Source: Candidatus Heimdallarchaeum aukensis (GTDB lineage Archaea; Asgardarchaeota; Heimdallarchaeia; Heimdallarchaeales; Heimdallarchaeaceae). Taken from it: a stretch of 64,000 bases of DNA. Below are positions 39,580 to 49,112 of this stretch, in pieces. Position 1 is the first letter of the stretch. Each line of letters begins with the position of its first letter. The translations under genes and the position numbers were made by a program. The notes beneath the pieces were generated by a model that saw only the letters and a program-made list of their open reading frames with translations, was not told the origin of the DNA and did not search any database. The stretch lies in assembly GCA_021513695.1 (NCBI GenBank), contig CP084166.1, forward strand, positions 96,001 through 160,000. Direction: 5' to 3'.

Positions 39580-41333
39580 TAAAAGTGATACAAGCTGATG
39601 ATTTATTAAAAGTATATTATGACCCTATTACTGAATACAAAGTTGCTGCTTTAAGAGGGTTATCTCTTGATATTAAAGAAGGTCAGTTAGTTAGTATAAT
39701 AGGCCCTTCTGGTTCAGGTAAAACAACCTTAATTAACATTTTAGCCGGACTTGATGTTCCTACAGGTGGAAGAGTAATTGTTAAGGGTCAACAATTAGAT
39801 AAAATGACAGAAAGAGAAAGAAGAGAGTTTAGGTATTATAATATTGGTTTAATTAATCAGTTTATAAGCCAGAACTTGTTTCCAAGACTCACTGTAATAG
39901 AAAATCTGATGATACCTAAACGTATGTTTTGTCTTCCTCATGAAACAGCTAAAAAAGAAGTAGAAGAGTTACTCGAACTTTTGAGATTAAAGCATATAGC
40001 AAAGAATAATGTAGAAAAAATATCTGGAGGAGAAGCAATTCGGTTGTCTCTTGGAGTAGCCTTAGCAAAGAATCCTGATATTTTGTTGTGTGACGAACCT
40101 ACAGGTCAATTAGACAATATGCATACTAAAGAAGTAGTTGAAACTATTAAAGATGTAAATATTACCATGGGTAAAACAATACTTGTAGTTACCCACGATA
40201 TTCGCTTTAGGACTGTTTTTGAACGAAGTTTCATCATTCGTGATGGCCGTCTTGCTGGAATTAGTGTGGATATTAATAGGAATCAACTAGAATTTCTTAT
40301 GGAATCTTCTGAAATGAAGAGATCTTATGTAGACCCTTCTAATTTCGCTAGAATTCCAGATGAAATAAAACGCAGTTTAGGCATTAAAGACACTGTTGAA
40401 TATGATCTTCATCCTTCGAAAAAGATTGGTTTAATTTGGAATCCTGATTTGATAACTAGAGAAGATATTTTCCACATATTAAACAACCCAGAAGAAGAGT
40501 ATGAAGAGACAGTAGATCAAATAAGCTATGAAGATGTAGAACCTATTCTCTCTCGAAGTTTTGTACCTCCTGAAAAAGAAGAACCTATTATTAAAATAAG
40601 TAATTTGAAGAAAGGATATCCTTCTCCAGCTGGATATAATCTTGTACTAAAGGGTATTAACTTATCAATTAATAAAGGAGATTTTGTTTTTATTTCTGGT
40701 CCCAGTGGAGTAGGTAAGACTACGCTCTTTAATTGTATTTCAGGATTAGATAAGATTGATGATGGACATGTAGAAATAATGGGTTTTGATATCAAAAACC
40801 AACCAGAACCTCTTATTTCTGATTTTAGATTAAAGCACATATCTTATATCACTCAGCACAATAACCTTTTTGAACCGCTATTAGTTGAAGATAACCTTTT
40901 CTTACCTTATTTGTTTTTAGGAGAGAAGATAGATATAGATTATGCCAAAAAAATAATGAAAGAATGCTTTATTGATCATAAAATTAAGTCTTACCCTGAT
41001 GAACTTTCTGCAGGAGAAAAACAACGTGCAGCACTAGCTACTAGTTTGGCAAGGAAAACATCTATCCTTATTGCTGATGAACCCACTGCTAATCTTAATT
41101 CTGAACTTGCCCGTTCAATAATTAATCTTTTTATGGATATATCTAAGCTAGAGCAAAAAACAGTTATTATCTGTTCTCATGATTTGAGTTTATTACGTCC
41201 AGGATTTAGACATATTCGTCTATCAGATGGTCAGATAGCGGAAGATTATCGTGTAACAAAAGAGCAATTACAAGAGATTATTACAGAATACCTTAGCATT
41301 CAAAAGAACAAAAAAAATGAATCTATTACGTAA
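39576..41333 (+). CDS. Tandem-NBD ABC ATPase, paralog 2
   Basis: NBD1 has GPSGSGKTTL, ISGGEAIR, LCDEPTGQLD and VVTHDIRF. NBD2 has GPSGVGKTTL, LSAGEKQRAALATSL, LIADEPTANLN and CSHDLSL. The conserved linker is IPDEIKRSLGIKDTVEYDLHPSKKIGLIWNPD. The start is GTG 39576, overlapping the permease stop (GTGA), or GTG 39585. Confidence 0.85.
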   Translation: MIKVIQADDLLKVYYDPITEYKVAALRGLSLDIKEGQLVSIIGPSGSGKTTLINILAGLDVPTGGRVIVKGQQLDKMTERERREFRYYNIGLINQFISQNLFPRLTVIENLMIPKRMFCLPHETAKKEVEELLELLRLKHIAKNNVEKISGGEAIRLSLGVALAKNPDILLCDEPTGQLDNMHTKEVVETIKDVNITMGKTILVVTHDIRFRTVFERSFIIRDGRLAGISVDINRNQLEFLMESSEMKRSYVDPSNFARIPDEIKRSLGIKDTVEYDLHPSKKIGLIWNPDLITREDIFHILNNPEEEYEETVDQISYEDVEPILSRSFVPPEKEEPIIKISNLKKGYPSPAGYNLVLKGINLSINKGDFVFISGPSGVGKTTLFNCISGLDKIDDGHVEIMGFDIKNQPEPLISDFRLKHISYITQHNNLFEPLLVEDNLFLPYLFLGEKIDIDYAKKIMKECFIDHKIKSYPDELSAGEKQRAALATSLARKTSILIADEPTANLNSELARSIINLFMDISKLEQKTVIICSHDLSLLRPGFRHIRLSDGQIAEDYRVTKEQLQEIITEYLSIQKNKKNESIT

Positions 41334-41386
41334 AATTGTTTTTTTTTAGAAATTTTTTTATCTTTCTTTATTATTCATAATATACT

Positions 41387-41770
41387 ATGAAAAAAAATGT
41401 AAGAACACAAGCTAGAGATACTTTAGATTTTCTAGGAAGAATGAGAGTTTATTTCTTAAGAGGGCATAATAGTTGGTTTTACCTAGTTTTTTATTTTGTA
41501 AATTTCACATTAATTTTCTACAACCTACTAATAGAAAAACTATATTTTATCCCAGACTGGGTTTCATTCTGGAAATTCGCCTTGCTTTTTATTATTCTTT
41601 ATCCTCCTATTGCAATAATTGTAGGTAGATTCGATTATAGAAAGGGGACATATAAAGGAGAACAAGAAGTTCAATTAGCAGTAAATCCTCTATGGAAAAA
41701 AAATTTCCAGCGTCTAGATGACTTAGAAAGAGAAATTAAAGAGTTAAAGAACTTATTACTTCAAAAATAG
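41387..41770 (+). CDS. Small 2-TM membrane protein with a C-terminal coiled-coil-like tail
   Basis: It is a 127-aa protein directly downstream of ATPase 2. Confidence 0.4.
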   Translation: MKKNVRTQARDTLDFLGRMRVYFLRGHNSWFYLVFYFVNFTLIFYNLLIEKLYFIPDWVSFWKFALLFIILYPPIAIIVGRFDYRKGTYKGEQEVQLAVNPLWKKNFQRLDDLEREIKELKNLLLQK

Positions 41771-41818
41771 TTTTTCCTCCCTCAAAAAATATATAATTAA
41801 TGTTCCTTAATATAGGTT

Positions 41819-44758
41819 ATGAAAAAGTCTACACTCTTTTTTCTTCTATCTTTTCTAATTTTAAATATATCAAGTTTAATGTATGGATCATCTAATTCTA
41901 ATGTGAATAAGTATGTTGTTTCTTTAAATAGTAAGAATTTAGATTCTACAGAAGACACAATTTCATACCAAATAGAATCAAGATCTTATTCTCGCTCAAT
42001 TAGGAAAGATACTACAAACTACTATAGTTGGATAGAAAGTAGAAGCCTTTCAAGTGCAAAAGATCTAGCATTCTTCATGCTAGAGCAATTCGATTTTAAC
42101 TCAATACAAGTTACAAATGTTCATGATCTGGCTTTAGTTCACTTTGCAATAGCTTATATTGACCTTTTCTTTGCCACTTACAATCCTGATTATCTTTATA
42201 CAGCTCACTGGATTGTTAATAATAGTCTATTTTTAGATATAAACAAAAATATGATTGCTCTAGATACAAAAACTACCGACTATAAGGTATTTGCCTATGA
42301 TAATCTTTACTTGGTTTTAATGTATGAAAGATTTGCCAAAGCTTATGAAGCAACCTTTGATTTTCTAGTTGCTGATACTTTTTGGACTCTAGCTGATAAT
42401 TTGATGAACAATATTACAACTATTTTTTATGATGAAACTAATCACATTATCAAAGAATATGCTTTTATTTCAAGTACTGATTGGTCTGTTATTAATTCAT
42501 CTAGTTACACAACAGCAGAAATAGCTGGATTATACTCCATGGCTTCTCATGGTCTTAAGGATCCTACAAGCTACCATTCTCAAAGTTATGATGTAATTAA
42601 ATACTATTTCAACAACTATATTCAATATGTGAATCTAGGCGAAGGGTTCGATCGTTGGGCACCACTTAAAGGAACAAATCCGGCGATTAATGATACTCTC
42701 GCATTTACTGGAAGTGTTTTCTTGTCTTCTGCATACTTCTATGAAAGTAAGTACTTAAAGAGTCAAGGAAATACAACTTATGAAGATTTATTCTTTGTAT
42801 ATGGACAATGGTTGTTAGAGGATGCTCTAGCTATATTTTATAATTCAGAATACAATTTGCCGGTGTCAACGTATAACATTACTTCTAGCACTAAAGGAAC
42901 TATTATTTCAGCGTTTGATAGTACATTAGCTGCATTAGCTCTTAGAGAGTTTAATAGATACCATCTAGAGAAATATGGTTTTTCTCCAGGTGAACTTGCT
43001 ATTTCCATAATTACTACAACACAGGGTGTTTTCAAGACAGCTAATTTTTACGATCCTGGATTATCTACAGATCAAGGAATTTTTTCCTATAAAATAGATG
43101 AATATAGGAAAAACCCCTTTGTTATCAATTCAATGGCAATTTCAATGGAATTAAAGAAATATGCGTTAGCAGCTGATTTATCTGTTCCTGAATTTATTTA
43201 TACTAATGAAACTGTTGACATTTTCTGGACTATTTTCTGGAGTGAGAGCACAAATATCTTTAGTTACTCTAATGCCTCTTTTGCTACAAGTTTTGATTTT
43301 ACAATAGACAGTGTTCTTAATTTCACAGCTAACGATACTATAATAATAAATACATTTTCCATTGACGCTGTCCAAGTTACAGAACCCACTAGTTTCTATG
43401 TAAACACTACAGTAAGTGAAGGAGGAGATTACTACCCGAGATTCACCATTTCTATAGGTGAAACAACTGTAATTGATCATGAAAGTAGCATTTACGTTTT
43501 AAGAGAATTAAGGGTATACACTGATCCATCTAGGATTCAAGCGACTCAAGGGGTTGATGAATATTTAGAATTCTCTATCTTATGTGAAGATGAAAAAGGT
43601 ATTTCAGTACCAAAAGTTTCTTTATCTCTAACTTGGCTCGGTAATACTACTAATGTAATTTCAAACAATGCTGGTTCATATGATTTTAAAATGTCAGTGA
43701 AAGATATTTTAGCTCTACCAGAATTTACAAACAATCCTGATGAAAATCCAAGATTTGATTTCGAAATATATGCAACTAAAGATGGGTTCGTTGAATTTTG
43801 GTTAATTAAAACCATAACAATAAGAAGAAATGCTCTTATTCTTGAACTCTCACAAGATTTAGCTGTGAAAAGAGGAAATGATTTGACACTAACTATAGGC
43901 GTACAACCTCAAATACAAACATTAGTTCTTAATCCTAAAGCTTCAATCTATCTGAACGGTGAAGATATTTCAAATGAAGTTTCTCAAAGTATGGACCCAA
44001 GATTTGCTCCGAAGTTAATGCCTATTCCTCTTCCAGCTCAAATAACTTTACCAACAAAAGATTTGAAAGAAAATGCTAATTTAGTTATTGAGATAACAAG
44101 TAATAACTTTCCAACAGAACGTTTTGAGTATGAGATCGAAATAATACCGTTAAACACTTTTGAAGCTATTTATCAATGGTTATCTGACGTGTTCTCATCA
44201 ACTCTAGGGAAAATACTAGGTTCTCTCAGTGTTATTTGGGCAGTTCTGTGGAAACAATTCTCTCTCTATGTTCTACACATTATTAAACGCTGTCCCTATT
44301 GTGGTGAAACAGTGAAAAGAAGATATTCAACTTGTAGATATTGTGGAAACATAATTGATAGGTCAAAGTATGTTCAAACAAAAATGAAATTTTTACCTGA
44401 AGATACAGAGCATGATCATAATCCAAAAAACAATTTTAATCTTGATAAAAATCCAAGTCCAAAAGAAAATCTTAAGTCAAAAGATTCAGGTTTAACTTCA
44501 ATTCCTTTCGATGAGAACACTTATACAGAGCCTAAGTCTCCTTCTGAAGATACTTATACAGAGCCTAAGTCTCCTTCTGAAGATACTTATACAGAGCCTA
44601 AGTCTCCTTCTGAAGATACTTATACAGAGCCTAAGTCTCCTTCTGAAGATACTTATACAGAACCTGAGCCTTCTTCTGAAGATGCTTATACAGAACCTGA
44701 GCCTTCTTCTGAAGATACTTATACAGATTCAGAAAAAGATGAAAGCAATTGGTTTTAG
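41819..44758 (+). CDS. Large type-I membrane/surface protein with a signal peptide, an extracellular domain of about 800 aa (sequon-rich), a TM, a cytoplasmic CxxC...CxxC zinc ribbon, and a C-terminal 11-aa tandem-repeat tail
   Basis: The signal peptide is MKKSTLFFLLSFLILNISSLMYG. The TM is ILGSLSVIWAVLWKQFSLYVLHII. The zinc ribbon is CPYCGETVKRRYSTCRYCGN. The tail is (TEPKSPSEDTY) x4 followed by (TEPEPSSEDxY) x2. Confidence 0.6.
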   Translation: MKKSTLFFLLSFLILNISSLMYGSSNSNVNKYVVSLNSKNLDSTEDTISYQIESRSYSRSIRKDTTNYYSWIESRSLSSAKDLAFFMLEQFDFNSIQVTNVHDLALVHFAIAYIDLFFATYNPDYLYTAHWIVNNSLFLDINKNMIALDTKTTDYKVFAYDNLYLVLMYERFAKAYEATFDFLVADTFWTLADNLMNNITTIFYDETNHIIKEYAFISSTDWSVINSSSYTTAEIAGLYSMASHGLKDPTSYHSQSYDVIKYYFNNYIQYVNLGEGFDRWAPLKGTNPAINDTLAFTGSVFLSSAYFYESKYLKSQGNTTYEDLFFVYGQWLLEDALAIFYNSEYNLPVSTYNITSSTKGTIISAFDSTLAALALREFNRYHLEKYGFSPGELAISIITTTQGVFKTANFYDPGLSTDQGIFSYKIDEYRKNPFVINSMAISMELKKYALAADLSVPEFIYTNETVDIFWTIFWSESTNIFSYSNASFATSFDFTIDSVLNFTANDTIIINTFSIDAVQVTEPTSFYVNTTVSEGGDYYPRFTISIGETTVIDHESSIYVLRELRVYTDPSRIQATQGVDEYLEFSILCEDEKGISVPKVSLSLTWLGNTTNVISNNAGSYDFKMSVKDILALPEFTNNPDENPRFDFEIYATKDGFVEFWLIKTITIRRNALILELSQDLAVKRGNDLTLTIGVQPQIQTLVLNPKASIYLNGEDISNEVSQSMDPRFAPKLMPIPLPAQITLPTKDLKENANLVIEITSNNFPTERFEYEIEIIPLNTFEAIYQWLSDVFSSTLGKILGSLSVIWAVLWKQFSLYVLHIIKRCPYCGETVKRRYSTCRYCGNIIDRSKYVQTKMKFLPEDTEHDHNPKNNFNLDKNPSPKENLKSKDSGLTSIPFDENTYTEPKSPSEDTYTEPKSPSEDTYTEPKSPSEDTYTEPKSPSEDTYTEPEPSSEDAYTEPEPSSEDTYTDSEKDESNWF
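44515..44727 (+). repeat. Coding tandem repeat of 33 bp x about 6.4 (unit gatacttatacagagcctaagtctccttctgaa)
   Basis: Units start at 44515, 44548, 44581, 44614, 44647 and 44680. The last two are diverged (cct gag cct tct). A partial seventh unit follows. Confidence 0.9.
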
Positions 44759-44772
44759 TTTAAGATTAAAAT

Positions 44773-46098
44773 TTACTCAAAACTTTCAATTATTCCTTTT
44801 TTTATTATTTCATTTTTACATTCTTCAGGACAGATAAGTAGGCTATTATGTTTTGGTTTAGATAGACTTTGAACCACTTCTGATACTTCTGAAAGCTGTT
44901 TAACTGTTCCATCTTTCATTTTAACTAAAATTGCATTTCTATTTTTTTCTTCATATGGAGTATAGTATCTTGAATAAAAACTATCAATTCCCCAAAATTC
45001 TTTAGGATAATTAAATTTTTCAATTATTCTATCTATCTCATCGCTGTTTTTAAGCAATTTATTTGCAGTTTCTTTAGTAATTGGTATACTCTTAAACAAT
45101 TTTCTTCTTAACAATCTTTTTGCAAGATCTTCTAGAACTTTATTTTCTTCCTCTTTCAGTGCTGATAACTGAATTTGCGTATAAATTGTATCATCGGTTA
45201 AAGGTAACATTGTTTTCCAATACGGATTTTTAATGAAATTTTCAAGAAAAGGTAGTAGTACAATCTCAATTCCTTCTTCTTCACTTCTTATTAGTTCATA
45301 AATAAATGTTTTAACCATGAATTCCCAACATCTAACAGTTTTATGAAAATAAACTCTCGCAAATTGCATGTATCTAGCAACAACAATTTGTTCAACAGAT
45401 TGTAATCCTTTCTCTTTAATAATAATATTTCCATCATTAGAGATATTTAGCATAGCAATAAGCCTATCAATGTTGTATAAACCATAAGAAACGCCTGTTT
45501 CTAATGAATCTCGCATCAGATAGTCAATACTATCTCCATCAAGTTGAGATGCAATTATCTGGTTTAGAAAAGGTTTCCCTTCTATTTCTTTTCCAATAAT
45601 CAAGTGGGCAATTTTTCGTTTATTAAATCCTTTTTCTTTTAATATCTTTCCAATCTCAGATTCGTCAGATAGAACTATCTGTTCTGTAATGTTTTCATGT
45701 TTTTGGAATGGTTTAAACTTTTTAACGTTTTTTTCATTTTTGCAGAATTTAGTAAATATATCTTCAAACATGTGACTAAAAGGACCATGACCTATATCAT
45801 GAATCAAGGAAGCTATTCTAACATAATCAACATCTTCCTCTGAAACTATATCAGAGTGTTTATGTTTTAGTGATGTGATCATCCTGTTAGCTATATGAAA
45901 AGCTCCTAAACTATGTGCAAATCTACTGTGAGTGGCAGAAGGATATGAAATTTGTACTCCACCTAGTTGTCCTAATCTTCTTAACCTCTGAAACTCTGAA
46001 GTGTCTATTAAGTTTAAATAAAATTTATCAGGAATAGAGATATATTTATGGACTGAATCAGCGATTTGAACGATTTTACTATTCGTGTTAAAACTCAT
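44773..46098 (-). CDS. HD-domain phosphohydrolase, dNTP triphosphohydrolase (dGTPase/SAMHD1)-like
   Basis: The motifs are HSRFAHSLGAFHIA and ASLIHDIGHGPFSH. Length is 441 aa. Confidence 0.7.
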   Translation of the reverse strand: MSFNTNSKIVQIADSVHKYISIPDKFYLNLIDTSEFQRLRRLGQLGGVQISYPSATHSRFAHSLGAFHIANRMITSLKHKHSDIVSEEDVDYVRIASLIHDIGHGPFSHMFEDIFTKFCKNEKNVKKFKPFQKHENITEQIVLSDESEIGKILKEKGFNKRKIAHLIIGKEIEGKPFLNQIIASQLDGDSIDYLMRDSLETGVSYGLYNIDRLIAMLNISNDGNIIIKEKGLQSVEQIVVARYMQFARVYFHKTVRCWEFMVKTFIYELIRSEEEGIEIVLLPFLENFIKNPYWKTMLPLTDDTIYTQIQLSALKEEENKVLEDLAKRLLRRKLFKSIPITKETANKLLKNSDEIDRIIEKFNYPKEFWGIDSFYSRYYTPYEEKNRNAILVKMKDGTVKQLSEVSEVVQSLSKPKHNSLLICPEECKNEIIKKGIIESFE

Positions 46099-46192
46099 TA
46101 TTTTACAATTTTTAAAGAACTAAAAAACATTTGTTTTTTTACTAATTTCATTTGAAAAATTTAATATATCTTTAGCCAATGTTCTCTTCAAG

Positions 46193-47518
46193 ATGAATAT
46201 TGCAGTAATAGGAACAGGTTATGTAGGACTGGTAACTGGAACTTGTTTTGCATCAAAGGGGCATAAAGTCACTTGTGTAGATGTTATTCCAGAGAAAGTG
46301 GAAAAAATCAATAAAGGGATACCACCTATTTATGAAAAAGATTTAGACAGAATGTTGAAAGAAGTTGTAGAAGAAGGTTACTTAAAAGCTACTCTAGATT
46401 TATCTGAAGCTGTAGCCAACTCTGAGATAATTTACATTTGTGTTGGAACACCTTCTCTTCCTGATGGTTCAATGGACTATACCTATGTGAGAGAAGCTGC
46501 AAAAGGTATAGCCCAAGAACTAAAAAAAAGTGAAGAATTCAAGGTAATTGTAGTTAAAAGTACTTGTGTTCCGGGAACTACTGATGAAATAGGTAAAACA
46601 ATAATTGAAAAAGAGAGTGGAAAAAAACTTAATATAGACTTCGGATTAGGAATGAATCCTGAATTTTTAAGAGAAGGAGTAGCTATAAATGATTTCCTTT
46701 ATCCTGATAGAATAGTTATTGGGGGATCAAATAGAGAAACACAAAATACAATCGCTAAATGTTATGAGGGATTTGATGCTCCTATTCTGTTTACAGATAA
46801 TACAGCAGCAGAAATGATAAAATATGCGTCAAACTCATTTTTAGCAATGAAAATCTCGTTTATTAACGAAATGGCCAATTTAGCAGAGAAATTTGGAGTA
46901 GATATTGTTGATGTAGCTAAAGGAGTTGGAATGGATCATAGAATATCAGACAAATTTTTGCGCGCAGGGGCAGGGTTCGGAGGAAGTTGTTTTCCAAAGG
47001 ATGTTAGTGCACTATATGTTAAATCAAAAGAACTAAAACAACCTTCGATGTTGTTAGAAGCAACTCTAGCGGTAAATAAAAAACAGCCACTTAGACTTGT
47101 AGATTTGCTTAAAAAAGGTCTAGAAACTGAAGAAATCAAAGGTAAAACAATAGGACTTTTAGGTTTAGCTTTTAAACCTGATACTGATGATATGAGAGAA
47201 GCTCCTTCTTTAATTCTAATAAATAAATTATTAGAAGAAGGTGCAACAATAAAAGCAACAGATCCTATAGCCCTAGAGAACGCCAAAAAAGAAATTACAC
47301 ATGAAAAATTAATTTACTGTGAAAATGTAGAGGATGCTGTTAAAGAGACAGATGCAGTTATTTTGATCACAGAATGGAAAGAATTCAGGGATCTGAATGC
47401 AGAATTCTTTATCGAAAATATGGAAAATCCAATAATTATTGATGGAAGAAGAGCATTTGACTATAGACAATTTAGAGAAAAAGGAATAAAGATCCTAGCC
47501 ATAGGTCTGGGTAAATAA
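46193..47518 (+). CDS. Nucleotide-sugar (UDP-glucose/GDP-mannose family) 6-dehydrogenase
   Basis: The NAD motif is IAVIGTGYVGLVTG. The catalytic Cys region is GFGGSCFPKDV. Length is 441 aa. Confidence 0.85.
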   Translation: MNIAVIGTGYVGLVTGTCFASKGHKVTCVDVIPEKVEKINKGIPPIYEKDLDRMLKEVVEEGYLKATLDLSEAVANSEIIYICVGTPSLPDGSMDYTYVREAAKGIAQELKKSEEFKVIVVKSTCVPGTTDEIGKTIIEKESGKKLNIDFGLGMNPEFLREGVAINDFLYPDRIVIGGSNRETQNTIAKCYEGFDAPILFTDNTAAEMIKYASNSFLAMKISFINEMANLAEKFGVDIVDVAKGVGMDHRISDKFLRAGAGFGGSCFPKDVSALYVKSKELKQPSMLLEATLAVNKKQPLRLVDLLKKGLETEEIKGKTIGLLGLAFKPDTDDMREAPSLILINKLLEEGATIKATDPIALENAKKEITHEKLIYCENVEDAVKETDAVILITEWKEFRDLNAEFFIENMENPIIIDGRRAFDYRQFREKGIKILAIGLGK

Positions 47519-47537
47519 CTTTTATTTTTTTTAGTTT

Positions 47538-48911
47538 TTATGTTTCATCTTCAGCGACTGTATCTTGAACAACTGTAGCATCTAAATCTTCTTCAAATGC
47601 GTGTAAATATTTCTCCTTTTCAAAGAAGAATTTATCTCCGTGTAAAGGTTCAAGTTGATCTATCCAAGTTGCTTTCTCATTGAACTTAGCAAAGAAAGGT
47701 TTGCCTACCCATTCAGGGTTCCGAGCTTGAATGAATCTTAAAACAAAAATATCTTTATCATTATCCAGTTTATTTACGCCCAAGACATGTATTTTACCGT
47801 ATAAAGAACTCATTACAGGTCCTCTAACTGTTCGTGATAGACCAGAAACTGAACTGTAAGCTTTTATGTAAATTTTCCATGCATCAGATAATGAAACTTC
47901 AAAGAAGTGTCTTGCACCTGTGTCTCTAGCTATAAACATATAATAAGGAATCATTCCTAAATTGACCTGTTTAAACCACATTTCAGACCATACTTCTGGA
48001 GAATCGTTGATATGTTTAAGAATTGGTGATTGAGTTCTTATTACAGCACCAGTCTTTAAAATTCTCTTTATTGCTTCTTTAACAGCTTCTGTTTTCAGTT
48101 CGTTTGGATGGTTGAAATGAGCCATAAAAGCTAAATGTTTTTTATTTTCAACTATCTCAGAAAATAGCTCCAGAATGTCTTCATGGTCTTTGTCACTTAA
48201 ATATCTATAAGGCCAGTAACTTAATGTTTTGGAACCTATTCTTATACGTTTAAGATGTTTAATATCAGCTTCTAGAATTGGGTCAATGTACCTACGTAAA
48301 ACACTTGCTTGCATTATCATAGGGTCTCCACCGGTAATAAGGAGATCTTGAACTTCTTGGTGCATTTGTAAATAATCCACAAGCTTATCAGGATTCCTTA
48401 AACTCATCTTCCACTCTTTTTCTTTAATAAATTGAGGCCATCGGAAGCAAAAAGTACAGTAAGCATGACATGTTTGACCTTGAATAGGAAAAACTAAAGC
48501 TGTTTCTCTGTATTTATGTTGAATACCTTCAACAATTTCTCCTTGAAATTTAGGAATATTGTATTCAAGCTGTCCTGCTGGATGAGGATTTAGTTGCAAA
48601 TGTATTTGATGTATATAGTGAAAAAGTTCTTTTTTGTCTCCTTTCTGATAAATTTCCTTTAGGTTATCAAACTCATTATGAGGTAGCATCTTTTTATGAG
48701 GGAAATTTAGCAAGAAAATAGGATCTGATTTATAATATTCCCAGTCGATCAGTTCTTCCATAACATAATTATTGGTTTTAAAAGGAAAAACTAATGAAAG
48801 AAGTTTAATCTCTTCTATAACTTCTTTAGGAAGATTATTCTCTTCTGCTATTTTTTCTATATCTTTTCTCAAATATGCTTTATACCTTTTTTGAAACTCC
48901 ATTAAATTCAC
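47538..48911 (-). CDS. KamA-family radical SAM protein (lysine-2,3-aminomutase-like)
   Basis: The CxxxCxxC motif lies in GQTCHAYCTFCFRWPQF. The size and motif placement fit the aminomutase family. Confidence 0.65.
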   Translation of the reverse strand: MNLMEFQKRYKAYLRKDIEKIAEENNLPKEVIEEIKLLSLVFPFKTNNYVMEELIDWEYYKSDPIFLLNFPHKKMLPHNEFDNLKEIYQKGDKKELFHYIHQIHLQLNPHPAGQLEYNIPKFQGEIVEGIQHKYRETALVFPIQGQTCHAYCTFCFRWPQFIKEKEWKMSLRNPDKLVDYLQMHQEVQDLLITGGDPMIMQASVLRRYIDPILEADIKHLKRIRIGSKTLSYWPYRYLSDKDHEDILELFSEIVENKKHLAFMAHFNHPNELKTEAVKEAIKRILKTGAVIRTQSPILKHINDSPEVWSEMWFKQVNLGMIPYYMFIARDTGARHFFEVSLSDAWKIYIKAYSSVSGLSRTVRGPVMSSLYGKIHVLGVNKLDNDKDIFVLRFIQARNPEWVGKPFFAKFNEKATWIDQLEPLHGDKFFFEKEKYLHAFEEDLDATVVQDTVAEDET

Positions 48912-49112
48912 CTACAAACAACAATGTGAGGAATTAACAATTAGAAATTAAACTAAAAGCATTAAATGGCCCTCTCAAGATTGTTTACTTCTCATTACTT
49001 AAATAATTTATCATAGAAATCTTAATAAATAATTAAAGTCCTTTTTATAATTATAAATCCATAAAAAAAAACATTGTTGTCTATTGAAAAATTAGTGGGG
49101 TTAATGGATTAT

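Noticed and set aside
44515-44727. Possible CRISPR array from the regular 33-bp periodicity
   Set aside because: The units are contiguous with no spacers, they are in-frame coding, and they translate to a repeat peptide. It is a protein tandem repeat, not CRISPR.
44511-44837. 108-aa + strand ORF with a repeating LIQSLSLLLKI peptide
   Set aside because: It is an alternate-frame reading of the 33-bp tandem repeat inside the 979-aa gene. It has no independent start context.
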